Shown here: positions 47,659 to 57,609 of the stretch, piece by piece
Position numbering within the stretch: the stretch's first letter is position 1
Layout of the letters: each line of letters opens with the position of its first letter
Assembly (NCBI GenBank): GCA_026003935.1
Contig: BPIE01000002.1
Coordinates: 127,906-191,905 of the forward strand
Source of the DNA: Tepidiforma sp.
GTDB lineage: Bacteria > Chloroflexota > Dehalococcoidia > Tepidiformales > Tepidiformaceae
Direction of reading: 5' to 3'
DNA: 64,000 bases
Notes under the pieces: model-generated
Told to the model about the DNA's origin: nothing
Databases searched by the model: none
Seen by the model: only the letters and a program-made list of their open reading frames with translations
Made by a program: the position numbers and the translations under genes

Positions 47659-49341
47659 GCGGGCAGCTTCCAGGAGTTCGGCCGCTGCGGCGAGGTTGGC
47701 CTCCGAGACGCCGCCGAGCATCGCGGCGAGTTCCTGTTTGCGCTCGTCGGGCCCGAGCTCGCGGACTTCGGACCACGTCCGGCGGCCGTCGGTCCGCTTT
47801 TCGACGACGAAGTGGGTATCGGCGAAGGCGGCGACCTGCGGCAGGTGGGTGATGCAGAGCACCTGATGTCGCGCAGCGAGGCGGCGGAGGGCCTGGCCAA
47901 CGACCGAGCCGGTCCGCCCGCCGACGCCCTCATCGACCTCGTCGAGGATTTCGAGCCGCCCGGAAGCAGCCTGACCGAGGGCGATGGTCAGTGCGAGGAG
48001 AAAGCGCGATGTTTCGCCGCCGCTGGCGACTGCGGAGAGGGGGCGCGGCGGTTCGCCGGGGTTGAAGGAAGCGAGGAATTCGACGCGGTCGACACCCGAC
48101 TCGGTGAAGGCGCGCGGCGCCGTCTCGAGCGGGATGTCGCCGAGCGGGGGCGAATCGGCGGCGATGATTTCGTAATCGGGCACCGCGACGGGGATGCCAG
48201 AGGGCTCGTCGTCGCAGGTGAACGCGACCGCGAGGCCGGCACCGCCCATCGCGAGGTGTGAAAGCTCGGCGGAGATAGCCCGGACGAGGGCACCGGCCGA
48301 GATGCGCCGGCGATGCGAAAGGTCGGCAGCGCGCACGGCGAGCTGCTCGAGGAGCGCTCGCTCACGGGCTTCGAGCTCATCGACCGAGGCCTCGGAACCG
48401 GCGAGGTCCGCGAGGCGGGCAGCGGCCTGGTCGCGGTAGGCGAGGACGGCATCTATGGAGTCGCCATACTTGCGCAGCAGCCGTGCTATCCGGTCGAGGC
48501 GCTCCGTGATGTACGCGAGCCGCTCCGGGTCCTCTTCGAGGGTATCGGCGTAGGCCCGGAGCGCGCGGCGGAGGTCGAGGGAGGCTGATTCGAGGACGGC
48601 GCCGGCATCGGCGAGCTCGATGGCGGAGGGGTCGCGGGCGGTGATGGCGCGGACGGCAGCGAGCACTTCGCTGAGCGCGGGTTCTTCGAGGGCCGCGAGC
48701 GCGCGGGCGGCTTCTTCGCGGAGGCGGGCCGCGCCGGCGAGGCGAGCCTGCTCGGCGCGGAGGGCGTCATCCTCGCCCGGGACGAGGGCTGCTGCGTCGA
48801 TTTCGCCGACCTCGAAGGTGAGCCGCTCGACCAGCCGCTCCCGCTCGCGAGCATCGGTGCGGAGCGCATCGAGGCGCCGCCGGACTTCGCGCAGCTCGCG
48901 GACGAGGGCGGCCACGGCGGCACGGTCGTCATTCAGGCCAGCGAACGCGTCGAGCGCGGCGAGCTGGACCGGAGGGCGGAGAATGGCGAGGTGCTCAGAC
49001 TGGCCGTGGATGTCCAGGTAGCCCTCGGCAAGCGACCTGACCTCGTCGAGCCGGGCGGCTTCGCCGTCGATGCGAAACGTCGAGCGGCCGGCAAGCGTCA
49101 GCGTTCGTTCGATGGTGCGCGGCCGGCCCTGAACGGCGAGGCGGGCGCGGACGACGGCGCGGTCGGCGCCGTGGGCGATGACGTCGCGGCCCATGCGCGC
49201 GCCGAAGACGAACGCGATGGCATCGGCGATGAGGGATTTGCCCGCGCCAGTCTCGCCGGTAAACACCGTGAGACCGGGGCGGAGGTCTATGGCGAGGTCG
49301 CGGGCAACGGCAAAGGAGGAGATTTCGAGCCGTTCAAGCAC
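47647..49341 (-). CDS. recN: DNA repair protein RecN
   Basis: TGETGAGKS, IHGQ, ASGGE.SR, DEVDEGVGG, CITHLPQVAA. Confidence 0.95.
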   Translation of the reverse strand: MLERLEISSFAVARDLAIDLRPGLTVFTGETGAGKSLIADAIAFVFGARMGRDVIAHGADRAVVRARLAVQGRPRTIERTLTLAGRSTFRIDGEAARLDEVRSLAEGYLDIHGQSEHLAILRPPVQLAALDAFAGLNDDRAAVAALVRELREVRRRLDALRTDARERERLVERLTFEVGEIDAAALVPGEDDALRAEQARLAGAARLREEAARALAALEEPALSEVLAAVRAITARDPSAIELADAGAVLESASLDLRRALRAYADTLEEDPERLAYITERLDRIARLLRKYGDSIDAVLAYRDQAAARLADLAGSEASVDELEARERALLEQLAVRAADLSHRRRISAGALVRAISAELSHLAMGGAGLAVAFTCDDEPSGIPVAVPDYEIIAADSPPLGDIPLETAPRAFTESGVDRVEFLASFNPGEPPRPLSAVASGGETSRFLLALTIALGQAASGRLEILDEVDEGVGGRTGSVVGQALRRLAARHQVLCITHLPQVAAFADTHFVVEKRTDGRRTWSEVRELGPDERKQELAAMLGGVSEANLAAAAELLEAARLPV

Positions 49342-50191
49342 TGGGGTTCATGGTGCTGGAGAGCTGCATTTCGAGTTTTTCGGCGAGCTCCGCGTAGAAG
49401 CTGGAGGGCTCGCGGAAGCGGACGAACCTGGTGACGTGGTCGCTCTGGCGGACAAGGATGCGAACGCCGGCGGCGACGGGCTCATCTTCCTGGCCGTCGA
49501 TGCTGACGATTGCGCCCTGTTCGCTCGTAACAGCCATCTCGATGACGGAGTCGGGCTGGAGCACGAGGGAGCGTCCCAGCGCAAGGTGCGCGGAGACGGG
49601 TGTGAGGACAAGGTGGTGCTCGGTGGGGGCGAGGATAGGACCGCCCGCGCTGAGCGAATAGCCGGTGCTGCCTGTGGGCGTGGCAACGATGATGCCGTCG
49701 CAGCGGAAGATGGCGAGGCGGGCGCCGTCGATGTGCACATCGACGTAGACGGGGCGGCCGGGGGATTTGCGGCTGACGACGATGTCGTTGAGGCCATCGA
49801 AGGCGTGGAGCGCGTTGCCGTCGGCCATGACCTCGCCATGGACCATGATGCGCTCTTCGATGCGCCAGTCGGCTGCGACGACCCGCTCAATGGCGTTGAA
49901 GAAGTCGCGCGGGCTCATATCGGTGAGGAAGCCGAGCCGGCCCATGTTGACCCCCAGGATGGGGATGCCGTGAGGAATGGTAATGCGGGCGGTCCGGAGC
50001 ACGGTGCCATCGCCGCCCACGCAGACGATGAGGTCGGCGGCGGCGATGGCTGCAGCGGGGGGTTCGGACCAGGCGTCGTGGACGGAGGCCGCGATGTTGC
50101 GCCGACCGAGCTCCTGCGCGACCTGACGAGCGAAGGCGAGCGCACCTTCGCTGCGGGGGGCGTGGAAGATGACGGCGCGGCGCAGCATCAC
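49334..50191 (-). CDS. nadK: NAD kinase
   Basis: GGDGTVL, NMGRLGFL, ND, DGIIVATPTGSTGYSLSAGGP. Confidence 0.95.
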   Translation of the reverse strand: MMLRRAVIFHAPRSEGALAFARQVAQELGRRNIAASVHDAWSEPPAAAIAAADLIVCVGGDGTVLRTARITIPHGIPILGVNMGRLGFLTDMSPRDFFNAIERVVAADWRIEERIMVHGEVMADGNALHAFDGLNDIVVSRKSPGRPVYVDVHIDGARLAIFRCDGIIVATPTGSTGYSLSAGGPILAPTEHHLVLTPVSAHLALGRSLVLQPDSVIEMAVTSEQGAIVSIDGQEDEPVAAGVRILVRQSDHVTRFVRFREPSSFYAELAEKLEMQLSSTMNPSA

Positions 50192-50925
50192 GTGTCCCCG
50201 GCGGGCGGGGTGCGAAGGTACACGAGGAACTCGGTGTTGCCATCGCCCCCGCGGATAGGCGAAGGAATGATGCCACAGGTTTCCCAGTGATGTTCGGCCG
50301 CCCAGCGGAGGAAGCGCGCCTTGACCCGTTCGAGCACGGCGGGGTCGCGAATGACCCCGCCGGAGGGCACGTCGGCGGGCCCGGCTTCGAACTGGGGCTT
50401 GAGGAGCACCACGGCAGGCGTCCGGGGCGGGACCCGGCGAGCGACGGCGGGGAGCACCTTTTCGAGTGAGATGAACGAAAGGTCGGCGACGACGAGGTCG
50501 ACGTGGGGGATTGGAGGGAGGTCGCGGGCGTTGACGCCCTCGAGGAGCTGTACGCGCGGGTCGTCGCGGAGGCGCTGGTGCAGCTGGCCCCGGCCGACGT
50601 CGACGGCGATGACGCAGGCGGCGCCGTGCTGGAGGAGGCAGTCAGTGAAGCCGCCCGTGGAGGCGCCGAGGTCGAGGCAGCGCAGGCCGGAGGGAGAGAC
50701 GCCGAATGTGCTAAGGGCAGCTTCGAGCTTGAGGCCGCCGCGGCTCACGTAGCGGAGCGGCTCGTTGACTTCGAGGGGCGCGCCGGGGTCGAGCGGCTCT
50801 GCAGGCTTGACGAGCACTCGGGTGCCGCTTCGCACCAGCCCGGCCATGATCAGCTGGCGCGCGCGCTCGCGGGAGTCGGCGAGGCCGCGCTGGACGAGGA
50901 GAAGGTCGGCGCGGATGCGGGCCAC
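50188..50925 (-). CDS. tlyA: TlyA rRNA 2'-O-methyltransferase
   Basis: S4 domain, YVSRGGLKL, DLGASTGGFTD, DLSFISL, KPQFE, GNTEF. Confidence 0.95.
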   Translation of the reverse strand: MARIRADLLLVQRGLADSRERARQLIMAGLVRSGTRVLVKPAEPLDPGAPLEVNEPLRYVSRGGLKLEAALSTFGVSPSGLRCLDLGASTGGFTDCLLQHGAACVIAVDVGRGQLHQRLRDDPRVQLLEGVNARDLPPIPHVDLVVADLSFISLEKVLPAVARRVPPRTPAVVLLKPQFEAGPADVPSGGVIRDPAVLERVKARFLRWAAEHHWETCGIIPSPIRGGDGNTEFLVYLRTPPAGDT

Positions 50926-51022
50926 ACCATGAGGCTACACCGGCGCCGTGTACGGTGGGGGCCGGTTCCCGTAGAGTTGCCGGCACATTCTGTCTGCAAC
51001 GCATCTGAGGGAGGTCGGCGCC

Positions 51023-52678
51023 ATGGCGGAGCTCACCGGAGCACAAATCGTCGCAAAGGCCCTGCGGCAACAGGGCGTGGAGTACATGTTCGGGGTGGTG
51101 GGCATTCCGGTAGTGCCCATCGCCGTGCACGCGCAGCGGGAGGGGATCAAGTTCTTCGGATTCCGGAATGAGCAGGCGGCGAGCTACGCGGCGGCGGCGA
51201 TCGGGTACCTCACGGGGAGGCCCGGGGTATGCCTTGCCGTCTCTGGGCCGGGCATGGTGCACGGGATTGCGGGGATGGCGAACGCATGGGCCAACTGCTG
51301 GCCGATGATCTTGATCGGCGGAGCGAACGACTCGTACCAGAACGGACAGGGCGCATTCCAGGAGGCGCCGCAGATTGAAACGGCGCGCCCGTATGCGAAA
51401 TACGCTGCGCGGCCGGACAGCACGAAGCGCATCCCGTTTTTTGTGGAGCAGGCGGTGCGGTCGACCATCTACGGGCGCCCCGGTGCGGCGTATCTCGACC
51501 TGCCGGGCGACCTCATCACGGGGACGGTTGAGGAGAGCGAGGTCCACTTCCCGCCGCGGTGTCCCGACCCGCCGCGCTCACTGGCACCGTGGGAGAGCGT
51601 GGAGCGGGCACTGGATGCCCTGAAGTCGGCGGAGCGGCCGCTGGTGATCGTTGGCAAGGGTGCGGCCTACGCCCGCGCGGAGGAGGAGGTGCGGAAGTTC
51701 ATCGATGCGACGCAGCTGCCGTTCCTGCCGACCCCGATGGGCAAGGGTGTGGTTCCCGACGATCACCCGCTGGCCATCTCGCCGGCGCGGTCGTTCGCGC
51801 TGCAGAATGCGGACCTCGTGCTGCTCCTTGGGGCGCGGCTGAACTGGATTTTGCACTTCGGGCAGCCGCCGCGGTTCGACCCGAATGTGCGGGTCATCCA
51901 AGTGGATATTGCCGCTGAAGAGATCGGCAACAACGTGCCGACGGAGGTGGCGCTCGTCGGCGATGCGAAAGCGATCACGGGGCAGTTGAACGAGGCGCTG
52001 GCGAAATCGCCCTGGCAATACCCGGCGGAGACGACGTGGTGGACGGGGCTTCGCAAGAAGATCGAGGAGAACGCCGCCACCGTGGCCGAGATGATGGCCG
52101 ACGAGTCGGTGCCGATGGGGTATTACCGCGTGTACCGGGACATCCGCGAGTACATCCCGCGGGACGCGATCGTCGTGAACGAGGGAGCGAGCACGATGGA
52201 CATCGGGCGGACGCTGATGCCGAACTTCTTCCCCCGGCACCGGCTGGACGCGGGCACGTTCGGCACGATGGGGGTCGGTGTTGGACAGGCGATTGCGGCG
52301 GCGGCGGTGCACCCGGAAAAGCGCGTGTTCTGCATCGAAGGGGACTCTGCTTTCGGGTTCAGCGGGATGGAGGTGGAGACGGCCGCGCGGTACGGGCTGA
52401 ACAACATCGTGTTCATCATCATCAATAACAACGGCATTGGCGGTGGGCCGGACGAGCTGGACCCGACGCGTGTCCCGCCGAGCGCCTACACTCCGAATGC
52501 GCATTATGAAAAGATGGCGGAGATTTACGGCGGCAGGGGCTTCTTCGTGACGCAGCCCTCTGAGCTCCGGCCGGCGCTGGAAGCGGCGCTCGCGTGCGAT
52601 AAGCCGGCGATCGTCAACATCATGATTAGCGCGAGGAGCCAGCGGAAGCCGCAGCAATTCGCGTGGCTGACCCGCTGA
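51023..52678 (+). CDS. ThDP-dependent 2-hydroxyacyl-CoA lyase / oxalyl-CoA decarboxylase family enzyme
   Basis: FGVVGIPV, RNEQAASYAA, GAFQE, GARLNWILHFG, LDAGTFGTMGVG, EGDSAFGFSGME..NNNGI. Confidence 0.9.
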   Translation: MAELTGAQIVAKALRQQGVEYMFGVVGIPVVPIAVHAQREGIKFFGFRNEQAASYAAAAIGYLTGRPGVCLAVSGPGMVHGIAGMANAWANCWPMILIGGANDSYQNGQGAFQEAPQIETARPYAKYAARPDSTKRIPFFVEQAVRSTIYGRPGAAYLDLPGDLITGTVEESEVHFPPRCPDPPRSLAPWESVERALDALKSAERPLVIVGKGAAYARAEEEVRKFIDATQLPFLPTPMGKGVVPDDHPLAISPARSFALQNADLVLLLGARLNWILHFGQPPRFDPNVRVIQVDIAAEEIGNNVPTEVALVGDAKAITGQLNEALAKSPWQYPAETTWWTGLRKKIEENAATVAEMMADESVPMGYYRVYRDIREYIPRDAIVVNEGASTMDIGRTLMPNFFPRHRLDAGTFGTMGVGVGQAIAAAAVHPEKRVFCIEGDSAFGFSGMEVETAARYGLNNIVFIIINNNGIGGGPDELDPTRVPPSAYTPNAHYEKMAEIYGGRGFFVTQPSELRPALEAALACDKPAIVNIMISARSQRKPQQFAWLTR

Positions 52679-52688
52679 GGAGGCCGCT

Positions 52689-54668
52689 ATGGGGAGCGAC
52701 CTCGACCTCGTGCCATGGGAGCGGCTGACACCAGAGGAGCTTGCAGGCGCATGCCAGCGAGCGATCGATGCATGTGAGGCCGGTGTCGAGGGCATCGTGG
52801 GCCTGGCCCCGGGCGTCCGCACGTACGCCAACACGATGCTGGCCCTGGAGGAGGCGGTCGAGCCGGTCGCGTTCGCGTCGGGGGCGTATGCATTCCTCGC
52901 GTACGTTTCCGCGGATGATGCCCTGCGCGCGACGGCGCGGGAGTGGGACGAACGGCTCGACAAGTATCTGGTCGGTCTTTCGTTCCGGGAGGACCTTTAC
53001 GAGGCGGTGCGCCAATTCGCCGGGACAGATGAGGCGAAGTCGCTTGCGGGTGAGGATGCGCGCTATCTCGCGTTCGAGCTGCGCGACTACCGGCGCAATG
53101 GGTTCGAGCTGCCGCGGGAGCAGCGCGATCGGCTGCGCCAGCTCATGGACGAGCTGGTGGAGGTCGGCGTGCAGTTCCGGAACAACATCGATGACTGGGA
53201 CGACGGAATCGAGGTAACACGCGAGCAGCTCGCGGGGATGCCGGATGCGTGGGTGGAGCGGCTGCGCACGGTCGAGCGGGACGGGCAAACGTATTACCGG
53301 GTTTCGCTCGACTATCCGGAGGTCCAGCCGTTCATGGCGAACTGCCCTGATAGCGCGTTGCGACGCGAGCTCTTCGAGAAGGACCAGCGCAAGGGCGGGC
53401 GCGCCAACGTGGAGCTGCTGGAGCGGGCACTGCGGCTGCGGCAGGAAGCGGCGGCGCTCCTGGGCTATGCATCGTGGGCCGACTACCGGACGGAAACCCG
53501 GATGGCGGGAACACGGCAGGCCGTCGAGGAGTTCCTTGCTGACCTGCGGTCGAAAGTTGCGGTGAAGGCCGAGCGCGACCTCGCGGCGATGCGGGCGTTT
53601 GCGAAGGAGCGGACCGGGTCGGACGAGGTGAACATCTGGGACTGGCGGTACTGGCACAACGAGCAGCTAAAGTCGCAATACGCGGTCGATGAGTTCGAGA
53701 TTGCGCAGTACTTTCCGCTCGACGCGGTGGTTGAGGGGCTGTTCTCCGTCTATCAGCAGGTGCTGGGCGTGCGGTTTACGGAGAATCCGGAAGCGCCGCG
53801 CTGGCACCCGGATGTGCGTGCGTTCGATATCAGCGAGGCTGAGGGGGGCCCGGCGTTCGCGCGATTCTACATGGACCTGTTCCCTCGGCCGAACAAGTAC
53901 GGGCATGCCGCGGCGTTCACGCTGCGGCGAGGGCGCCGGCTCGCGGACGGGGGCTACCAGAAGCCGGTGAGTGCAATAGTGGCGAACTTCACGAAGCCAT
54001 CGGGGAGCCAGCCGTCGCTCCTGCGGCACGGCGAGGTGGTGACGTTTTTCCACGAGTTCGGGCACATCATGCACCAGACGCTGACGCGGGCAGAGCGCGC
54101 GAGATTCAGCGGCACGCAGACAGAGCGGGACTTCGTGGAAGCGCCGAGTCAAATGCTGGAGCACTGGTGCTGGGAGCCGGACGTGCTGGCATCGTTTGCG
54201 CGGCACTGGCAGACGGGCGAGCCGCTGCCCCGGCGGCTGATCGACGCGATGGTGGCTGCGAAGAACCTCAACAGCGGCATCCTGACGCTCCGGCAAATCT
54301 TTTTTGCGACGCTCGACCTGCGGTACCACTCGCCGGGGTTCGATGGGGATTCGACGAGGCTCGTGGCCGAGCTGCACGAGATAACCGGATTTCCCTACCC
54401 GGAGGGGACGCACTTCCAATCGGGTTTCGGGCACCTGTTCGGGTACGACGCGGGATACTACGGCTACCTCTGGTCCCACGTCTTTGGGGACGACATGTAC
54501 ACCCTCTTCGAGGCCGCGGGGCCGCTGAGCGCAGACGTTGGCCGGCGTTACCGGGAGACGATTCTCGAGCGGGGCGGTTCGGTGGACGGGAATCAGCTGG
54601 TGCGGGACTTCCTCGGCAGGGAGCCGAACAACGAGGCGTTCCTGCGGGGGCTGGGCCTGACGGGTTAG
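52689..54668 (+). CDS. M3 family oligopeptidase (thimet oligopeptidase-like)
   Basis: FHEFGHIMH, DFVEAPSQMLE, FGHL.GYDAGYYGYLWS. Confidence 0.93.
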   Translation: MGSDLDLVPWERLTPEELAGACQRAIDACEAGVEGIVGLAPGVRTYANTMLALEEAVEPVAFASGAYAFLAYVSADDALRATAREWDERLDKYLVGLSFREDLYEAVRQFAGTDEAKSLAGEDARYLAFELRDYRRNGFELPREQRDRLRQLMDELVEVGVQFRNNIDDWDDGIEVTREQLAGMPDAWVERLRTVERDGQTYYRVSLDYPEVQPFMANCPDSALRRELFEKDQRKGGRANVELLERALRLRQEAAALLGYASWADYRTETRMAGTRQAVEEFLADLRSKVAVKAERDLAAMRAFAKERTGSDEVNIWDWRYWHNEQLKSQYAVDEFEIAQYFPLDAVVEGLFSVYQQVLGVRFTENPEAPRWHPDVRAFDISEAEGGPAFARFYMDLFPRPNKYGHAAAFTLRRGRRLADGGYQKPVSAIVANFTKPSGSQPSLLRHGEVVTFFHEFGHIMHQTLTRAERARFSGTQTERDFVEAPSQMLEHWCWEPDVLASFARHWQTGEPLPRRLIDAMVAAKNLNSGILTLRQIFFATLDLRYHSPGFDGDSTRLVAELHEITGFPYPEGTHFQSGFGHLFGYDAGYYGYLWSHVFGDDMYTLFEAAGPLSADVGRRYRETILERGGSVDGNQLVRDFLGREPNNEAFLRGLGLTG

Positions 54669-55300
54669 CGGGACGGCAGGGTCGCCGAGGCGGCGGTCGG
54701 GACTCTGCCGGCGAGGCGGAGCACACCGAGCCCGGCGAGCGCACCCGCCGTGAGGCCGTACATCGAGAGCACGAGCGGGTTCGCCGAATCGGACCCGGCG
54801 ACGAGGCCGTGCAGCAGCGCGAGGACGTAACCGGGAAACGCCAGGCGGTGAAGGTTGAGCCACGTTGCGTAGAGGAAGCGGCCAGCGAACGCGGTGGTAA
54901 GGGTTACGATGGCGAGCGCCCAGGCAGCGGAGGCGCCCAGGAGCAGGGCGAGCGGCCGGTACGGTGCTGTTGCACCCACGAGCACGTCCACGAGTGAGAA
55001 GTCGATCCACGGGTCGACGAGGACCCCCACGAGGTGGCCGGCGAGGAAGGCGGCAGCGAGTGCTCCGCTGGCTCGATGCAGTTCGAACATGACGGTCTGC
55101 CGAATGCCGGGGACGGACATGCGGAGGTAGAAGGCCATGCCGGTAAGGGCGGAGAGCCAAAACAGGAGATAGGTCACGAACCCGGCGGCGCGGAGCGCGT
55201 GCCAGGTGTCCGCAGAGGTCGAGCCTTGAACGACCCGAACGGCGAGGACCGAGCAGACGACCGCAAAACCGGTGAACACCCCAAGACGCCACGAAGTCAT
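54665..55300 (-). CDS. Ferric reductase-like transmembrane (heme b) protein
   Basis: W...RAAG, LHR...GH, W.NLHRLAF..Y.LALLHG...GSD. Confidence 0.8.
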   Translation of the reverse strand: MTSWRLGVFTGFAVVCSVLAVRVVQGSTSADTWHALRAAGFVTYLLFWLSALTGMAFYLRMSVPGIRQTVMFELHRASGALAAAFLAGHLVGVLVDPWIDFSLVDVLVGATAPYRPLALLLGASAAWALAIVTLTTAFAGRFLYATWLNLHRLAFPGYVLALLHGLVAGSDSANPLVLSMYGLTAGALAGLGVLRLAGRVPTAASATLPSR

Positions 55301-55644
55301 GAGCCGCGTGACCTCCGCTGAACTGGAGCGGTGGAACTGGAAGACCCGGATGTGCCGGATTGGGCCGCGGCCGTGGGTGTCGCTGTTGGGGCCGAGGACG
55401 TCGCGGGGGCCGTCGGCGTGGCCGGTGCGGACGGCGAGGCGGCAGCCGGCGATGATGTGCTTTCACCGGAGCCGGCTGAGGCCTGCGCGAACAGATCGGC
55501 CTGGAGGGCGTCGGCGCTGCTTCCCGGGTGAGAAGCGGAGAAGCCGGCCCAGATGGCTCCGAAGGTGGCGCACGCAGCAGCTGCGGCGGCGAGTTTCAGG
55601 AGCGGGTGGCGTTCGTTTGCGAAGCGTCGGTTTGAAGATGCCAC
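55297..55644 (-). CDS. Membrane-anchored Ser/Thr/Ala-rich protein ending RRSRGS
   Basis: SD AAGGAG before GTG; N-terminal hydrophobic helix and low-complexity linker; overlaps the start of the next gene. Confidence 0.65.
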   Translation of the reverse strand: MASSNRRFANERHPLLKLAAAAAACATFGAIWAGFSASHPGSSADALQADLFAQASAGSGESTSSPAAASPSAPATPTAPATSSAPTATPTAAAQSGTSGSSSSTAPVQRRSRGS

Positions 55645-55923
55645 TTGTGAACTCCTTCACCGACTAGATGGACGCGCGCCAACTCGCGGTGACGGGTGTC
55701 CGGGCTGCAAAAGGGGGCAGGGTAAAGAAGCCGGCAACCCCGGGGACTGCGCCCGGTGGGGCCAGCCAGCCGGCCTGGCCTTCGATGCGGCCCGGCAAGG
55801 CGTTGGTGGTCTGGACAACCAAGATCCACGGCGGCAGCCGGCACCTTCTGCTCAACACGCGCCATTCTGGTGACAGATGCGCGAATTCGCGCGCTGTAAG
55901 GAGCCTTTCGCTGGAGGCAGGGC

Positions 55924-57564
55924 ATGTACGACTTGACGGGTGAGGTGCTGGCGCGTCACTGGAGCCGTCGCCGGCTGATTGCCTCGGGCGGCGCCGCGGC
56001 TGCAGCGGCGGCGCTGAGCGTGGGCGCGGGTCTTGCGCTTTCCCGCAGCGGGTCAAGCGAGCAGGAGGGGACGGGTGACCAGGAACAAGGTCCCGTGGCC
56101 GCTGAGGCCGCTCTCAACGCGAACCAAAACGGGGAGCGCGGGATTTCTGACCCATGGAAACGGGCCAGCCACCTGCTGCGGCGGGCCGGCTTTGGAGGGA
56201 CACGCGCCGAGATCGAGCTCTATGCGGCGCTGAGCCCCGAGGAGGCCGCCGACCGTCTCCTGAGCTTCGATTCGGTCGACAATGCCGCACTGGAGGAGCG
56301 CCTTCGCAGGGAGGGATTGACTCGCGACCAGCTCGTACGCGCAGGGCCGCGGAACGTCATGCACCAGCAGTTCGAGCGCTGGTGGTTGAACCGCATGGCG
56401 TTCACGGCGCGGCCGCTGGAAGAGCGGATGACGCTGATCTGGCATGGGCTGCTCACCAGCCAGGTCACCACGCTGGGGAGCCTGGCGCCTCTGCTGCTGA
56501 AGCAGAACGAGCTGTACCGCTCGCTGGCCGTGGCCCGGTACGACGACTTGCTCCTTGCGACGAGCAAGGACCCGGCGATGATGTACTACCTGGACACGGT
56601 GCGTTCGAGCGCTGCACACCCGAACGAGAATTTCGCGCGGGAACTGCTCGAACTATTCTCGATGGGCGAAGGCTCGTACACGGAGGAGGATGTGCGGGAG
56701 GCGGCGCGCGCCTTCACTGGCTGGCGCGTGACTCCGCTGCCCCGGCCGAATGTCCCTGAAGGCGCGACGCAGCGAGAGCGCCAGCAGGCGCTGCAGGAGG
56801 CGGTCGCTAGCTGGAACCCGGAGTGGATGCTCGCTCCCCGGCTCCACGACGACGGGATGAAGGTATTTTTGGGCCGTCGCGGGAATTTTGGCGGCGAGGA
56901 CATCGTGGCAATCGTGATGGAGCAGGAAGCGACGGCCCGGTACATCACGACCCGCCTGTTCCGGGAGTTCGTCTACGATGACCCGGCACCCGAGTCGATC
57001 GACCGCCTGGTGGACGTTTGGAACCGCTCCGGGCACTCGATTCGCGAGGTGGTGCGGGCGATCCTGGCCGGGGACGAGTTCTGGTCGGAGCGGGCCTACC
57101 GGGCGAAGGTTCGCTCGCCCGTCGAGCTGGTCGTGGCGGCGGTTCGAGGGCTCGAGCTCGGAGCGCTGCCGGGCGGCGCGGTTCAAGCCGGGCGGCGGAG
57201 GACGAGCGACAGCCTGACCATGCTGCTGGACCAGATGGGGCAACGGCTATTTGAACCCCCGAATGTGGGGGGATGGCCCGGGGGCCCGGCGTGGCTTTCG
57301 AGCGCGGCGCTCTTTGCCCGGTTCAACGTGGCGGCGGAGGTCACGTTCCCGGGCGGTCGGCCCGCGGCCATCCCGGTGCTGGAAGCCATGGGCGATGCCG
57401 AGGCGATGGTCGACGAGGCGCTGCTGCGGCTCGTGGATGGTGATGTCCCTCGAGAATCCCGGGACGAGCTCGTCACCCATGCCAGTGCCATCTCAGATGT
57501 GCGGGAGCGGGCGGCCACGGTGGCGTACCTGGTGCTTTGCAGCCCGCAGTTCCAGCTCGCATGA
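55924..57564 (+). CDS. DUF1800 family protein (Tat substrate)
   Basis: SRRRLI, HLLRRAGFG, ERMTLIWH, DPAMMYYLD, PNENFARELLELFSMG, PPNVGGW. Confidence 0.88.
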   Translation: MYDLTGEVLARHWSRRRLIASGGAAAAAAALSVGAGLALSRSGSSEQEGTGDQEQGPVAAEAALNANQNGERGISDPWKRASHLLRRAGFGGTRAEIELYAALSPEEAADRLLSFDSVDNAALEERLRREGLTRDQLVRAGPRNVMHQQFERWWLNRMAFTARPLEERMTLIWHGLLTSQVTTLGSLAPLLLKQNELYRSLAVARYDDLLLATSKDPAMMYYLDTVRSSAAHPNENFARELLELFSMGEGSYTEEDVREAARAFTGWRVTPLPRPNVPEGATQRERQQALQEAVASWNPEWMLAPRLHDDGMKVFLGRRGNFGGEDIVAIVMEQEATARYITTRLFREFVYDDPAPESIDRLVDVWNRSGHSIREVVRAILAGDEFWSERAYRAKVRSPVELVVAAVRGLELGALPGGAVQAGRRRTSDSLTMLLDQMGQRLFEPPNVGGWPGGPAWLSSAALFARFNVAAEVTFPGGRPAAIPVLEAMGDAEAMVDEALLRLVDGDVPRESRDELVTHASAISDVRERAATVAYLVLCSPQFQLA

Positions 57565-57609
57565 ACCACTCGTGCGCGGCTGGCAGCAGCCGCAGATGGA
57601 GGTAACAGG

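Noticed and set aside
55700-55860. FMN-riboswitch-like GGGCAGGGTAAA and GC-rich stems in the divergent intergenic region
   Set aside because: The remaining RFN core motifs are absent, and pairing is expected by chance at this GC content. An Rfam scan would settle it.
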